Origin: Lama glama
Taxonomy: Eukaryota
Length of the DNA: 64,000 nucleotides
Assembly (NCBI GenBank): GCA_028534125.1
Contig: CM052818.1
Span: 22,198,001-22,262,000, forward strand
Reading direction: 5' to 3'
The first letter of the stretch is position 1. The number at the start of each line of letters is the position of its first letter. The translations under genes and the position numbers were made by a program. This document shows positions 48,330 through 59,305 of the stretch, piece by piece. The notes beneath the pieces were generated by a model that searched no databases, was not told where the DNA came from, and saw only the letters and a list, made by a program, of their open reading frames with translations.

Positions 48330-48620
48330 TTAATTTTATTTTTGATTGAAGTGTAGTTGATTTACAATGTTAGTTTCAGGTGAACAGCAACACGATTCAG
48401 TTATACATATACCTACATATATATTTATACATATGTTTTCAGATTCTTTTCCATTATAGGTTTTACAAGAAAATGAATATAATTCCCTGTACTATACAGT
48501 AGGTCCTTGCTGTTTATCTGTTTTATAGTAATGTGTCTATGTTAATACCAAACTCCTAATTTATCCCTACCCCTCTTCCCGCTTTGGTAGCAGTAGTTTG
48601 TTTTCCATGTCCGTGAGTCT
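48330..48620 (-). mobile_element. 5'-truncated L1 3' UTR
   Basis: ttgaagtgtagttgatttacaatgttagtttcaggtgaacagc... with a perfect 15-bp TSD atgaaattccttttt at 48315-48329 and 48621-48635. Confidence 0.92.
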
Positions 48621-49289
48621 ATGAAATTCCTTTTTAATGCAAGGTACCCAGGACGCCTGCCGTAGTCAGTCCCCCAGTGCTGCCGGTTTTATTCCTTCAG
48701 TGCTTCTCCAATGCATCTTATTCCTGCCTCTTCCTGACTTTAGGTCCTCATCACCCTCATCATCTCTCTCTTAGACTACTGCAGTGGTTGTTCAGCTGGT
48801 CTCCCTGCCTCTAATATTCCTCTAATTCCTGCCTCTAATTCCCTTGGCAGTAAGAACACGTCAGTGAACATGTTCACTGTTCTTAAAATAACCCCTGAGT
48901 GGCATCCCCTTGCCTGCAGAAGAATGTCCAAGCTCCTGTGCATGGCCTAGGAGGTTCTCCATGTCCCAGAAACAGTGCTTCTCTGGCCTCATCTCCTGCT
49001 GTTCCCCACCTTGAATTCTGTGCTGAGGTCAGACTGCCTGTAGTTCCCCACGTGGTCCTTTCTGTTTTATGCCTTCAAACCTTTGCTCTGCCTTTGGTGG
49101 TCCAACATACTCTCTCCTCTCTTCCCCTTTAAGACTCAGATGATCATTTCCACCACTTTAACAGAGTCACTTGGTCATTCATTTCTCTTTCTCAAACTAG
49201 ACTATAAACTCCTTAAAGGCAATGTTCTTATTTTACTTAGCACCCAGCTCATAGTAAGCAGGCAAGATTTTTATTAGAACTGAGAATGC

Positions 49290-49990
49290 AAAAAGATGTC
49301 AGCAAAAGGCAGACCATAAGACTTAACAGGGAGATAAAACTGAACAGGGATATGCTGGGGTTTAAAACGAACAAAGAAAAGGAGTCTTAATCTAAGTCCT
49401 GAGTACAAGGTGGGACATGGATGACTCACCACCATCAGTAGACCGTGTAAAAAAAGAAAGGCCTGTGGTTTCCGTTGACTTTATGCTCCACATGAGTCAA
49501 CGGTGTGATGCAACTCCAGGAACCTCGTGTCAGAACAGGGAAAGTAACAGTCCTGCTGGCCAGACCACGAGGGAGAGTCATGTTCCATTCTGTGGGGCCA
49601 TGCCTGAAGAGGGGGTGAGGCATGTCCAAAGGAATGCAGCTTAGAATAGTGAGAGAGGGTGAACCCCATCATCTGGGGAATAGTTGATGGAAGTAGGGTA
49701 TTTCATCTAGAGGAGAGGGGGTATAATAGCTGTAATTCAAATGCCTAAAGCTGTACACCAGAAATTGACACATTGTAATTGACTATACTTCAATTTTTAA
49801 AAAATGCCTAAAGGGCTCATAGGGAACCTCAAAATGTAGAATTGGGCCACTTAGTGAAAACTCCAAAAAGAACTTTGTGACAGTTAGATCTGCTAATAAT
49901 GAAATAGTCTGTCTTGTCAGCTCCAAGTCACGGTGCAGGTCAACCAAGAGCCTCTGAGAAGAGGTACCAGAGAGAGGATCTGAGCCCCTG
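49290..49990. mobile_element. L3/CR1-like ancient LINE remnant
   Basis: gttgactttatgctccacatgagtcaacggtgtgatgc...gaacagggaaagtaacagtcctgct..ggccagaccac..tgttccattctgtggggcca. Recognised by eye. Confidence 0.55.
49751..49801 (+). mobile_element. 51-bp extreme 3' L1 fragment with TSD
   Basis: ctgtacaccagaaattgacacattgtaattgactatacttcaat matches the ends of the L1s at about 9115-9160 and 47710-47760. 12-bp TSD aaatgcctaaag at 49739-49750 and 49802-49813. Confidence 0.9.
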
Positions 49991-50355
49991 AAGGAAGTTT
50001 GGAATAGATGTTCTTTTACCCTGCCCAACTTTGAGGCTTGAGGATTCAAGAGGTCACTGAGTTTATGTTTATGAAGTGTTAGGGAGGGGTGCTAGGAGCA
50101 CATCTTCTGATAGGAGTGCCTTTTGTCACCCTAAGGGAAAAATTATGAATTACCTAAATAGAAAGTACTTCTGAGCCAAAAGTCTGAATCTTTGTGGGCT
50201 AGTCACTTGTTACATGGTTCATATGATACCTACTCAGGAAGGACATGGGATAGTCCCACCCAGTGTATCCTGAGCCTTGCATGTTCCCCCATGTCCTTTT
50301 GTGGAACCATGAGTTAAATGATTACCTCTTTCTCTTTGCTTTTCTTGCTTTTTAG

Positions 50356-50735
50356 TTCTGGAGCATCTTGGCCTCTGGGAGGAAGTCAGAAGGATCATCT
50401 CAGGATCAGAGCTGATAACGGGATTCCCGTATACCTTCACAGCACCAGGCCTGCCCCAGTACCTCCAGAGCCTCACCAAACTGGCCATCGCTGCTGTGTG
50501 GGCCGTGGCCACCCAGGCTGGAGAGCAGACTAGGGACGTTCCAGTCTCCTTCTCTCAGCTTTTAGAGTCTTCCTTCCCTGAAGTCCGCCTGCTGACGCTG
50601 GAAGCCCTGTTGGAAAGGTTCTCGGCAACAGCCTCTGGATTAGGAGAGAAGAGACTGCTGCCCTTGCTGCGGAATATGGGAGGGACATTCTTGACGTTGG
50701 TTATGAAGGAAAACCACCCGGAATGCCTCTGCAAG
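50356..50735 (+). CDS. THADA: THADA internal coding exon, 380 nt, phase 1 to 0; (V)LEHLGLWEEVRRIISGSELITGFPY...SFPEVRLLTLEALLERF...MKENHPECLCK
   Basis: Long pyrimidine tract ending tttttAG at 50354-55 and donor AAG|gtgaag. The frame is open throughout, and the 3' part equals ORF 50496..50813. Confidence 0.96.
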
Positions 50736-51325
50736 GTGAAGTCTACGGTGTATGGTATCCTGACCGTCCCTTTCCACTCCCCACATGCTTTGGTGAGCCC
50801 ACTAGAGAGATAAGCTCCTGAGACAGCGTTGGATCTGGTGTTTCTAGGAGCAATAAGAAGGAGATTCAGCATCTTGAGGGCAAGGACTCTCTTGTGTGGC
50901 ACTTGGCGTGGCTTCACGTGTAAAAGGGTGCTGAAGAAAGTGTTTGATGATAATGGTATTGATGACAGAGATTGAGAGAGTAAGCCACTCAGTGCCCAAG
51001 GAGACAGAGCATTGAAAATAGCTGTAGAATGGGCCAGAGGGTAGTCTTTGATGGTGTGGCTCTTTGGGGGCAGATGGTCACCTGGAAAGCATGATCAAAA
51101 GGAAAGGGCACTGACCTAGGAAGCTGGGCGTGTAGACTCTGCTCCCAGCGCACCTCTACTCCACCTGTCTGGGTCTCCCAAAGGTATTAAGGAGGAAGAA
51201 AGAACTCAGTGGGAGCTTTTCAAAAGATAGACTCTCTTATCAATACACGTGATTATTTTATAGATTCTGGAAACTTTTTCCTGAAATGTTTGCTTGTTTG
51301 TTTTCCATTGATCTGACGCACACAG

Positions 51326-51444
51326 ATACTGAGAATTCTCCATTGCATGGACCCCAGTGAGTGGCTTCCTCAGACAGAGCACTGTGTCCATCTAACCCCA
51401 AAGGAGTTCTTGATCTGGACGATGGATATTGCTTCCAATGAAAG
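51326..51444 (+). CDS. THADA: THADA internal coding exon, 119 nt, phase 0 to 2; ILRILHCMDPSEWLPQTEHCVHLTPKEFLIWTMDIASNE(R)
   Basis: Acceptor cacAG at 51324-25 and donor AAG|gtttgc. The peptide lies in ORF 51347..51535 and the phase is consistent with both neighbours. Confidence 0.95.
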
Positions 51445-51739
51445 GTTTGCCCCCAGTGTTTCCTGTGCAAACTCGGTACAACACATGATCCTGTCAGTCA
51501 GTTATGTAATGAACTTGAGCACAGTCCTGGCCTAAGGACCAGGTCCAGTATTTCTCTTAAGTCTCAGCCTATGTTCTAAGCCCAAGCAATAGAGTGATGT
51601 CAGAGTTTCCCATTCATAACCAAAAGGTAATTGCTTCTGGAGGTGTTTGTACAGCCCCGAGGCAGAGATTTCCACCCGTGTGGATTACAGACTATCTGCC
51701 AAAACCATCTGTATATAAAATGTTTGACTTCATTTTTTC

Positions 51740-51792
51740 ATATTTATTTATTGAAGTGTAATTGACTTACAATATTATATTAGTTTCAGGGT
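51740..51792 (-). mobile_element. About 50-bp antisense L1 3' end fragment
   Basis: ttattttattgaagtgtaattgacttacaatattatattagtttcagg matches 48335-48380 (attgaagtgtagttgatttacaatgttagtttcagg). No clear TSD. Confidence 0.8.
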
Positions 51793-51831
51793 AATTTTAT
51801 CTTTTGTGTGTTTTTTGGCTGACTTTTCTAG

Positions 51832-51904
51832 GTCTGAAATTCAAAGTGAAGCTCTGAGACTTGCCTCCAAAGTGATCGCCTACCACATGCAGATGTGCGA
51901 GGAG
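51832..51904 (+). CDS. THADA: THADA internal coding exon, 73 nt, phase 2 to 0; (R)SEIQSEALRLASKVIAYHMQMCEE
   Basis: Acceptor gctgacttttctAG and donor GAG|gtgaga. The peptide lies in ORF 51806..52081. Confidence 0.94.
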
Positions 51905-53454
51905 GTGAGACTGATTCCCTCTGTTCTGGGGTTTCAGTGCTCTGATTTCCCTGGAAGGTTGTCAGTAAAAGAGAACCATCCCACTGGCAGTATCCCTGTG
52001 GCCTGTGTGTGCGTAGCTTCTTCAAAAGTATTGTTCGTGTTGATTTTTCACTTTGGGTATAACTTGGAAAGAATTTTCTGAGCCCTGTCTTTGGCATTTC
52101 TTTTCTCTTGTTTCTGGCACATCTGGTTAGAGTCCAAGAGGGTGGCACAACCTTCTTCCCCTCCCCCTACCCCACATACATACATATACCTATGCCTAAA
52201 CTCCTTGTTTTTTCCTATTTTTCTAGCTAGACTCTTTATTTAAAGAGGGAGTGAGCAAGTCACTAGGATTGCATCCTAGTCAACTAAGTGTGAAAATATA
52301 TCACTAAGGCTTAAATATCGCCCCCAAACATGGCCCAGGTGGCTCTGCATAGAGACCCAGATGTGCCCCACCTGCCTTACATGTCTTTCGGGGTGAGGTG
52401 GAACTAAAGTCATCATAGCTGCCTGGGAAGATGCTTTAAGACACAACCGTGCATACTTAAGGCATATGAGAAAGGGGCCACCATCAGAGAGTTACTATAA
52501 GTAAAAGGCAGTCAGTACCCCAGTTAAATTACCTGAAGATCTTGGTTACACATCACCACCCTGTCACAGACACTGGCATCATAACATTGTGGATTCCGAT
52601 TCCTTTCGCTGAAGCAGCACTGAAAGAGGTACTAGAGATACGATGATGAACCAAACAGGGGTGGGGGACAGTTTAATGAGAGAAAAGGAGCGTCAGATCA
52701 CGTGTGACATGCTCTCGCAGAGAGGCGGCTGTGGGAATCCAGAGGAGGGAGGGTGTGTTTACAGAGCTGAGGAGGACTTCACAGAGGAGACTGTTAAGCT
52801 CAGAGAGCCTGGGGCTGGGCGGAGAGACAATCCGAGGATGAGAATTAAGCAGATACACAGCTTCCTTGGGTCTGTCATTAAGAGGCAGGCCAGGGGGCCC
52901 AAGCAGGTGGTCACAATGAGATAAAAACAAACAAATAAAAAAGTCATGTATGTGTTTTGGGGAGGGCAGGAGGAGAGTCTGTAGGAAGGAAGAGGATTTG
53001 CTAAAAAACTACAGCTCAGAGGAGGAAAAAACAAGCCTGAGAAAGTAGTCACAGGGCAGCCTGACATGTCTGCCGGAAGACTCGTTCTTATCTAAAGCTG
53101 TTTTTAACCAGTTGTCATGTGCACCTTAAAGGCGCTGCTTGGTACTTGAATGAAGTGATATTTGAAGAAAATTGAGTTTTTCCAGGAGAGAAAAATTAAT
53201 AAAACTGCAGAGAGACACATAAAAGACGTTCCCAGGAAAACCTGGGGTTTTTTATGCCTTAGAAGTCAGCAGCTCCCTCAAGATCTAAGATGCTGATCAC
53301 TTTAGTTCCATAGATGCCCATCTATGATCAGAAGAGTCAATAGTCTCATTCTGAACATCTAAAGAGGCTCAGTTAATAAGGGAAGTAAAATATATTTGGA
53401 ACAGTAATCCCCTTTCTAGAAAAAGTCCAAAACAAAACAAAAACACAGAGTTTA

Positions 53455-53885
53455 AAAGATGGAAACAACCCAAATGTCCATCAGTTGATGAACAGGCAAA
53501 CAAAATATGGTATATCTCAAGAATGGAATATTATTTAGCCATTAAAACTAGTGAAGTATGATACAGCCTACAGCATGGATTACCCTTGAAAACATGCTAA
53601 GTAAAAGAAGCCAGTCACAAAAGACTGCCTATTGTATGGTTCAATTTAAATGAAATGTACAGAATAGACAAATTCTTAAAGGCAGAAAGGAGATTAATGG
53701 TTTAGGGCTGGGGGAGGGGGAGCCGACTGGATGGGGATGATAACTATTTTAAAATTGACTGTGGTGTTGGTAGTATACACGTATCTGTGAATATACGAAA
53801 AAAATCATTGAATTATGTATTTAAGTGGGTGAAATTATATGGTATGTGAATTATATCTCAATAAAGCTGTTCCTGTTAAAAAACA
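53455..53885 (+). mobile_element. L1MB/MC-like 3' end
   Basis: ggaaacaacccaaatgtccatcagttgatgaac...aatggaatattatttagccattaaaa...atggtatgtgaattatatctcaataaagctgtt. Confidence 0.85.
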
Positions 53886-53907
53886 ATAGGGCTTTGTTTA
53901 AACAATA

Positions 53908-54372
53908 ATGTTAGTTAAGATACTGGTTTAAGTGTTGTAATGGAAACACATAAATACTGCGGCTTAAACGAGGTAGAAGCAGTCCAGAGCAGATAGCGGC
54001 TTGACAGTGTTGGGCCCCCAAGCCCTTTTGCCTTGTTGTTCTGCTGTCCTCAACATAGCTTCCATCTTATCATCCCAGATGGTTGCTCCAGCTCCCGTCA
54101 TTTTGTCCTTGTTCAACTAGCAGGAAGGAGAAACCCAGGAAGTGAAAGTCACACCTATTTCCTCAGGCATGACCTGAAAGAGCCACGGATACCACTTTTA
54201 ATGGCATCCCATTGGTCAGAACTTAATCACAAGTTACTCCCAAATGCAAGGGAGCCTGGGAAATGTAGTCTTTAGCTGAGTGCCCACATGCACAGGCAAA
54301 AATCCAGCATTTTGTTACTAAAGATAGAAGGAATATCTGGTTATCAGGGACAACAGCTATTATTTGCTGCAT
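53908..54372 (-). mobile_element. MLT1-type (ERVL-MaLR) solo LTR
   Basis: ggcttaaac..gtagaag ... catcccattggtcagaacttaatcaca..ctcccaaatgcaagggagcctgggaaatgtagtcttt. Confidence 0.7.
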
Positions 54373-54698
54373 AGTCTTTCCCCAAAAGTTTTGTCTTTAC
54401 TGAAGCTATCAAATACACCAGTGTTGTGATAACATGATTTGCCTCAGAAAAGACTCAAGGAACTTGCTCTCTAGTTATAGTGACTCCGTATCGCTGAAAA
54501 ACAAGTCAGATTTTCTCCCCTGGGCTTGTTTATTTCTCCCTAGTTGGGATGGAAAAGCAACTAATAAACCGTCATTCCTTCCTCCTGCATGAGGAGCGAA
54601 CGTGCGGATCCAGTGTGGTATGTGCAGCTCATCCCTAGTTCCATGACTGCCCACGATTGCATCTTCTGAACTGCTGTATGTACGTTTTATGTTTTTAG

Positions 54699-54852
54699 AC
54701 CAGGGACTTGGTGGCCCCCACCCTGAAGCAGTGGGCTCAGTTGGTCGTCACTTCCTGTGGAGATCATCTTCCCAAGGAGTCCAGGCTGGCCACCGCTGAA
54801 GTTCTCACCAGCACCGCACCATTTTTCCTCACCCACCCCTGTCCCATTCTTG
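54699..54852 (+). CDS. THADA: THADA internal coding exon, 154 nt, phase 0 to 1; TRDLVAPTLKQWAQLVVTSCGDHLPKESRLATAEVLTSTAPFFLTHPCPIL
   Basis: Acceptor ttttatgtttttAG at 54697-98 and donor TTG|gtaagt. The peptide lies in ORF 54708..54899. Confidence 0.94.
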
Positions 54853-57739
54853 GTAAGTGTGCTGAGCCGAGGGTATGTCCATTCCACCAAATGCATTGAA
54901 AGCGTGAATATAGATGCTCTAGGTTAAAAAAGAAGGGAAGATGAAAGATGACAGGGCACACCAAAGCTTTTCATCTTCCAAAGATAGTTTCACCCTCTCA
55001 GTTCCTACTCTAATCACTTTTCACCAACAGCCTCTTAACTGGCCTCTTTTCTTTCAGGCTTGTGCCCCGAGCCATTCTCCATATGCTTCCAAAAGCCTCT
55101 CTGTGGTCTTTCTGAATTACAGATCTGAGCATTTCCCTCCACTGCTTAAAGCCTTTGAGTGCGTTGCCATTGCCATCAGGATAAAATCTCAGCTCTCCTT
55201 AGCATGACTCATAAGGCCCTTCTTCCTCTTCTGTGCCCCACCCTCTTGTCCTTCCTCATCGGCTACCACTCCCCATGCATCATCAGCAGGGAACAGTTCT
55301 CTAAACAAACTGCTGCTTGACTGACTTATGTTTGTCTTCCAAGACTTGGTCTAACCATCACCTCTTTCAGGAAGCCTACTGCAGTGGTCTTGGGGAGAAA
55401 TCAGTGGGTCAGTGTGAAGCCATGGCCTTGAGGAAGAAGAAAGGCCAGGCTCAAAGGCACTTAGGAAGTAGAATTAACAGGACCTGGTGTTGAGGTTCAT
55501 ATAAAGGAACCTTCAAGGATGACTTTCAGGCTTCCCACTGAAGTGACTGGAAAGACTGCAGATTCCTTTCACTGAAATTAGCTTTAAGTTCAAGGCATCT
55601 TTGGGAAACAAAGGTAGAGCTATTTTGAAATCAAATGGATGTACAGATCCAGCCAAATTCTCCACCTGCATGTCTCTTTCCTCACTGCCACCCCCTGTCC
55701 TTCAAGAGTAATGATTAGGAAAGAGCATCGTATCAATGGTGTTTGAGAAAACCAAGCTTTAGGAAATCCAAAGGAACTGAAAATGCATAGGGGTTTTTGT
55801 CTTATTTTGTTTTGTTTTAACTTAAAAAATGTTTTTTTTTAATTGTAGTGTTTTGTTTCAAGCATAGAGTTCAATAGAAGGAAAACCCAGGACCCAAAGC
55901 CATGTCCTCACCCTGCCCTCTCCTGCCATCTTATCTCCCCATGTTATGGGCTGGGACTCTCTTCCATCCATCACCAGAATTCTGGTTTTGTTCTCTGTTT
56001 GCCTGGCCTCGGAGAATAAACCGTGGTCCCTACATCCAAGGAGCTTGCCGTGTAGTTGTGGAGAAGGGATTTACAGAATAAGGGAAATAACTGCTTTTTT
56101 AGATGGTAAGACTCAAAATTTTAGTGTTATCGGGGGTCAGACCAATGAAGACAGTCATGAGACAGTCCCTGGATCTCTCTGCTGTTGTCTTTGATATCCT
56201 TTTAAATCTTTCTTCTAAGTGACTGCCAGGCACTTTTTTTCCACACCCAAAGAGGGCTGAAAGGGACCTGCTACAATTGTGATTTGATCTTGGACCCAGA
56301 GGAATAAGAGCAAAGGTTTATAAACTTTGGTGAAGCCTCTCCAGGGAGGGTAATGTCATTTTGCAGCACATTTTCTGGGTGACTTTGGCTGCTCTAACCC
56401 AAGCTCATATCAGGCACATCTGTGTAGAATAACGTGGAATTCCTGAGAGAAACTGAGTCCTGGGCAAAAACCATTGGCTCATCATTAATTGCTCGAGCTG
56501 GTTAGAGCATCACAGGCAGTGAGGAAGGAGGTTGGTGGCAGCTGATGGCCTTCAGGAGCAGTGGGTACAGGACTGAGAGGCAAAGGACATGAAAGTGCAT
56601 GGGGATAAGTCAAGGACAGAACAAAATCATTTAGAGGAAAAGAAAAATTGAAATGGACTAAAGAGGGAAGACTGAGGACCTTAGGGTTATCAGAAACTAT
56701 TAAGAAAGGAAAATATTAAGCCCTAGAGAGTAATTAGAATGGAGATGTTCTGAAAGTCTGAGTAAAATTTAAAGCCAGATTTATAACAGACAAGAGAGAA
56801 CAAACCCTAGAGGGAGCCACTGGTGTTCTTGGTATGACTGAAGTGTTGCTGTCTCTGATAGCAGGCTCTCCGTGGACAGATGAGGGAGAGGGAGGCTGAG
56901 GAGAGTTCCCAGGACAGGGTTGGTTCCCCATTGAAAGGCTAGGGGCGATGAGTGGGGGTCTTCCACGGTGACCCATTGCACCCAGACAGCATGTGTCCTT
57001 CCTTTGAGGCCCTGCCCACCTCTCACCTCCCTCATGCAGTCGGCCTCCGTTAAACCATCCCCAGGGACCTTTCCCTGCGGCAGGTCACAGCCACGCATTT
57101 CCGGCCCTGCCTTCTGCTTGAGTTGTGTGAGGTGTCCTTGATGTCCCTCTCAGTTGCTCAGGGCAGACACTGTTCCTGTTCAGTCATCCCCAGCAGCACC
57201 AAGCACAGGGACTGGCCAGGGTCCCTGCCCGGGGTAATGGCCATCAGATAGTGGCCCCATGTGGACGTGGACAGGCTGGCACCTTTATCGTGGATCTTTG
57301 CTTTTTTTCAATTCTTGCCTCCCCGCCATAAGGCATGATCTTGATTGAAACTTGGCTTTCAGAACTTATAAGCTCAAACACTCACTCAGATCAACACTGG
57401 GTTGGTTTCCCCAAAGCACTCTTGATGCGTAAAGTTTCATTCCTGAGAAGCATGAGTCATTGTGGACAGCTGGGCCTTAGTCAGCGAGGCCACACCTTCT
57501 GGGGGTACTGCCTGCAGCTCGTTGCCTCCAGAAGCCTTTCCCTTTCAAAAAGATGTTTCCAAACCTGCCCCCTTGGGCACTCTCTCTCCAGCCTTTATCT
57601 GACTCGCAGGTCTCCCTTTCTTGTAATATCCACAAAAAAAGGAATAGTCGTTGCTCATTAAATCCTGGATTTGAATCTGTATCTCTTCCTGCTTGTAAAT
57701 TGCATCCTAGGTAATTCGAATTCCTCTTGACCTTCATAG

Positions 57740-57871
57740 GACTGCAGGATACACTTGCTCTCTGGAAGTGTGTCCTCACCCTCCTGCAGAGTGAGGAGCA
57801 AGTCATCAGAGATGCAGCCACAGAAACTGTCATGACCGCCTTGTCTCAAGAAAACATCTGCCAGTCAACAG
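57740..57871 (+). CDS. THADA: THADA internal coding exon, 132 nt, phase 1 to 1; (G)LQDTLALWKCVLTLLQSEEQVIRDAATETVMTALSQENICQST
   Basis: Acceptor ttcctcttgaccttcatAG and donor CAG|gtacct. The peptide lies in ORF 57727..57945. I recognise no further THADA exon before the end of the window. Confidence 0.95.
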
Positions 57872-57919
57872 GTACCTCGTTCATAAATTCTCTTTTTTCG
57901 GTGCCTTATTGCTCTTGGA

Positions 57920-58118
57920 CAGGGGTTGGCACACTTTTACAGTAAAGGGCTGGAGAGTGAATGTTTTAGGCTTCGTTAGCCATTCAGTCTCTGTCTCAGC
58001 TCTGCCATTTTAAACAATAGGTAAATAAGTGGACGTGACTGTGTTTCAATAAAACTTTATTTACAAAAGCAGGCAGCTGCCCAGATTTGATCTGCAAGCC
58101 ACAGTTCATTGACCCCTG
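57920..58118. mobile_element. MER58A hAT-Charlie MITE, 48 nt downstream of the last exon's donor
   Basis: TIRs caggggttggc / ttgacccctg, interior gtttcaataaaactttatttacaaaa, and an 8-bp TSD ctcttgga / ctctagga (7 of 8 match). Confidence 0.9.
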
Positions 58119-58959
58119 CTCTAGGACATCATAGATAGAAATTGTTTTCGAAGATAGAAATCTAATAAACAGTGCCTGATGTTAGGTACAGCGTCATCCT
58201 TTTAAAATCAGGCCAGGTCTTGATTATCTACATAGTTACATAATCCAGGAATCATAGAGCCGTATTTGTGTTTCCTCCGTGAGTTTCTACACGTGTCAGA
58301 AACAGGTGAGTTTGTTTGTGCCTTGGCTCCCTGTTTGGTGGTGAAGTTAACCCAGAGAGGAGGGGTGTGGAAAGAGGAGCAGCCTAGACAAGTAGTTCTG
58401 CAAGTGATGTGCAAGCAGCCTTCTCCCCACCCCTGTCCCAAGCTGTCAAAGTTCCTGATACCCCAAATTCTGCCATTAGTGATTCATTCCTTTTTTCTGA
58501 TTGTGCATTTTCCTTAGAGAGACACACACAGCGCACACAGCACACACAGCATCCAGTGAGGGCTCAGTATACATTTAGTGAACTCTAATACTCACTAGAT
58601 TTCTACAGGACCCTCTCCACCAAAAATGGGAAAGATCATTTCATGATGGAATTCATAAGTGGACCTCTTCCCTTCTAATCTATAAAGTTTTTGCCCTACT
58701 GCTTTTATCTGTTTCAGAATTTTTCCAGGTTAATTTATAGTAAAACTATATTAACATATTCTCTCTCCTTCTGGTTTGAATTTCTTTTCAAGAAATTGAA
58801 ATCAATCATTATATACTGAGTGCCTTGTGCGTGCGTGTAAAGTTCCATATGTGAAAGCCTCTGAGGGAATAATTAATGTAAAAGGCCACTTACCTATCTT
58901 TGTAGTCCCCATCTTGGTCTATAACTGAGGATTTGAGGTGTGGAAAAAAACAAGAATTC

Positions 58960-59305
58960 TATAACAGCTAAATGTTACCCTGGACCATACAGGAAGGGTG
59001 AAAAGCCATACAGGAAATGATTAGAATAACTACTGAATATTGTCTGTAGGTTAAAATCAATATAAAATTTCCTGAATTTGATAACAGTACTGTGGTCTCG
59101 TAAGAGGGTATTTTTATTCTTAGGAAATACACAACCGAAGTATTAAGAGAGAAAGAGGTACAACACCTCCAAATTACTCTCAAATGGTTCAGAAAAAAAT
59201 AAGACTATGTGCACATATAAATAGTAAAGACAGATAGGGAGGTGCTAAACTTGCATCTTTTCTGTGTGTTTAAAATTATTTCAAAATAAAATGTTTTTTT
59301 AAAAA
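58960..59305 (+). mobile_element. L1ME-like 3' UTR remnant
   Basis: aaatttcctgaatttgataacagtactgtggt...ttcttaggaaatacaca..gaagtattaag...tactctcaaatggttcagaaaaaa. Confidence 0.75.

Noticed and set aside
50755..50761. U12-type donor-like GTATCCT 19 nt after the 380-nt exon donor
   Set aside because: It lacks the following TT and would shift the frame. There is no clean TCCTTAAC branch near 51325, and the same 7-mer occurs by chance at about 29169 and 50265.
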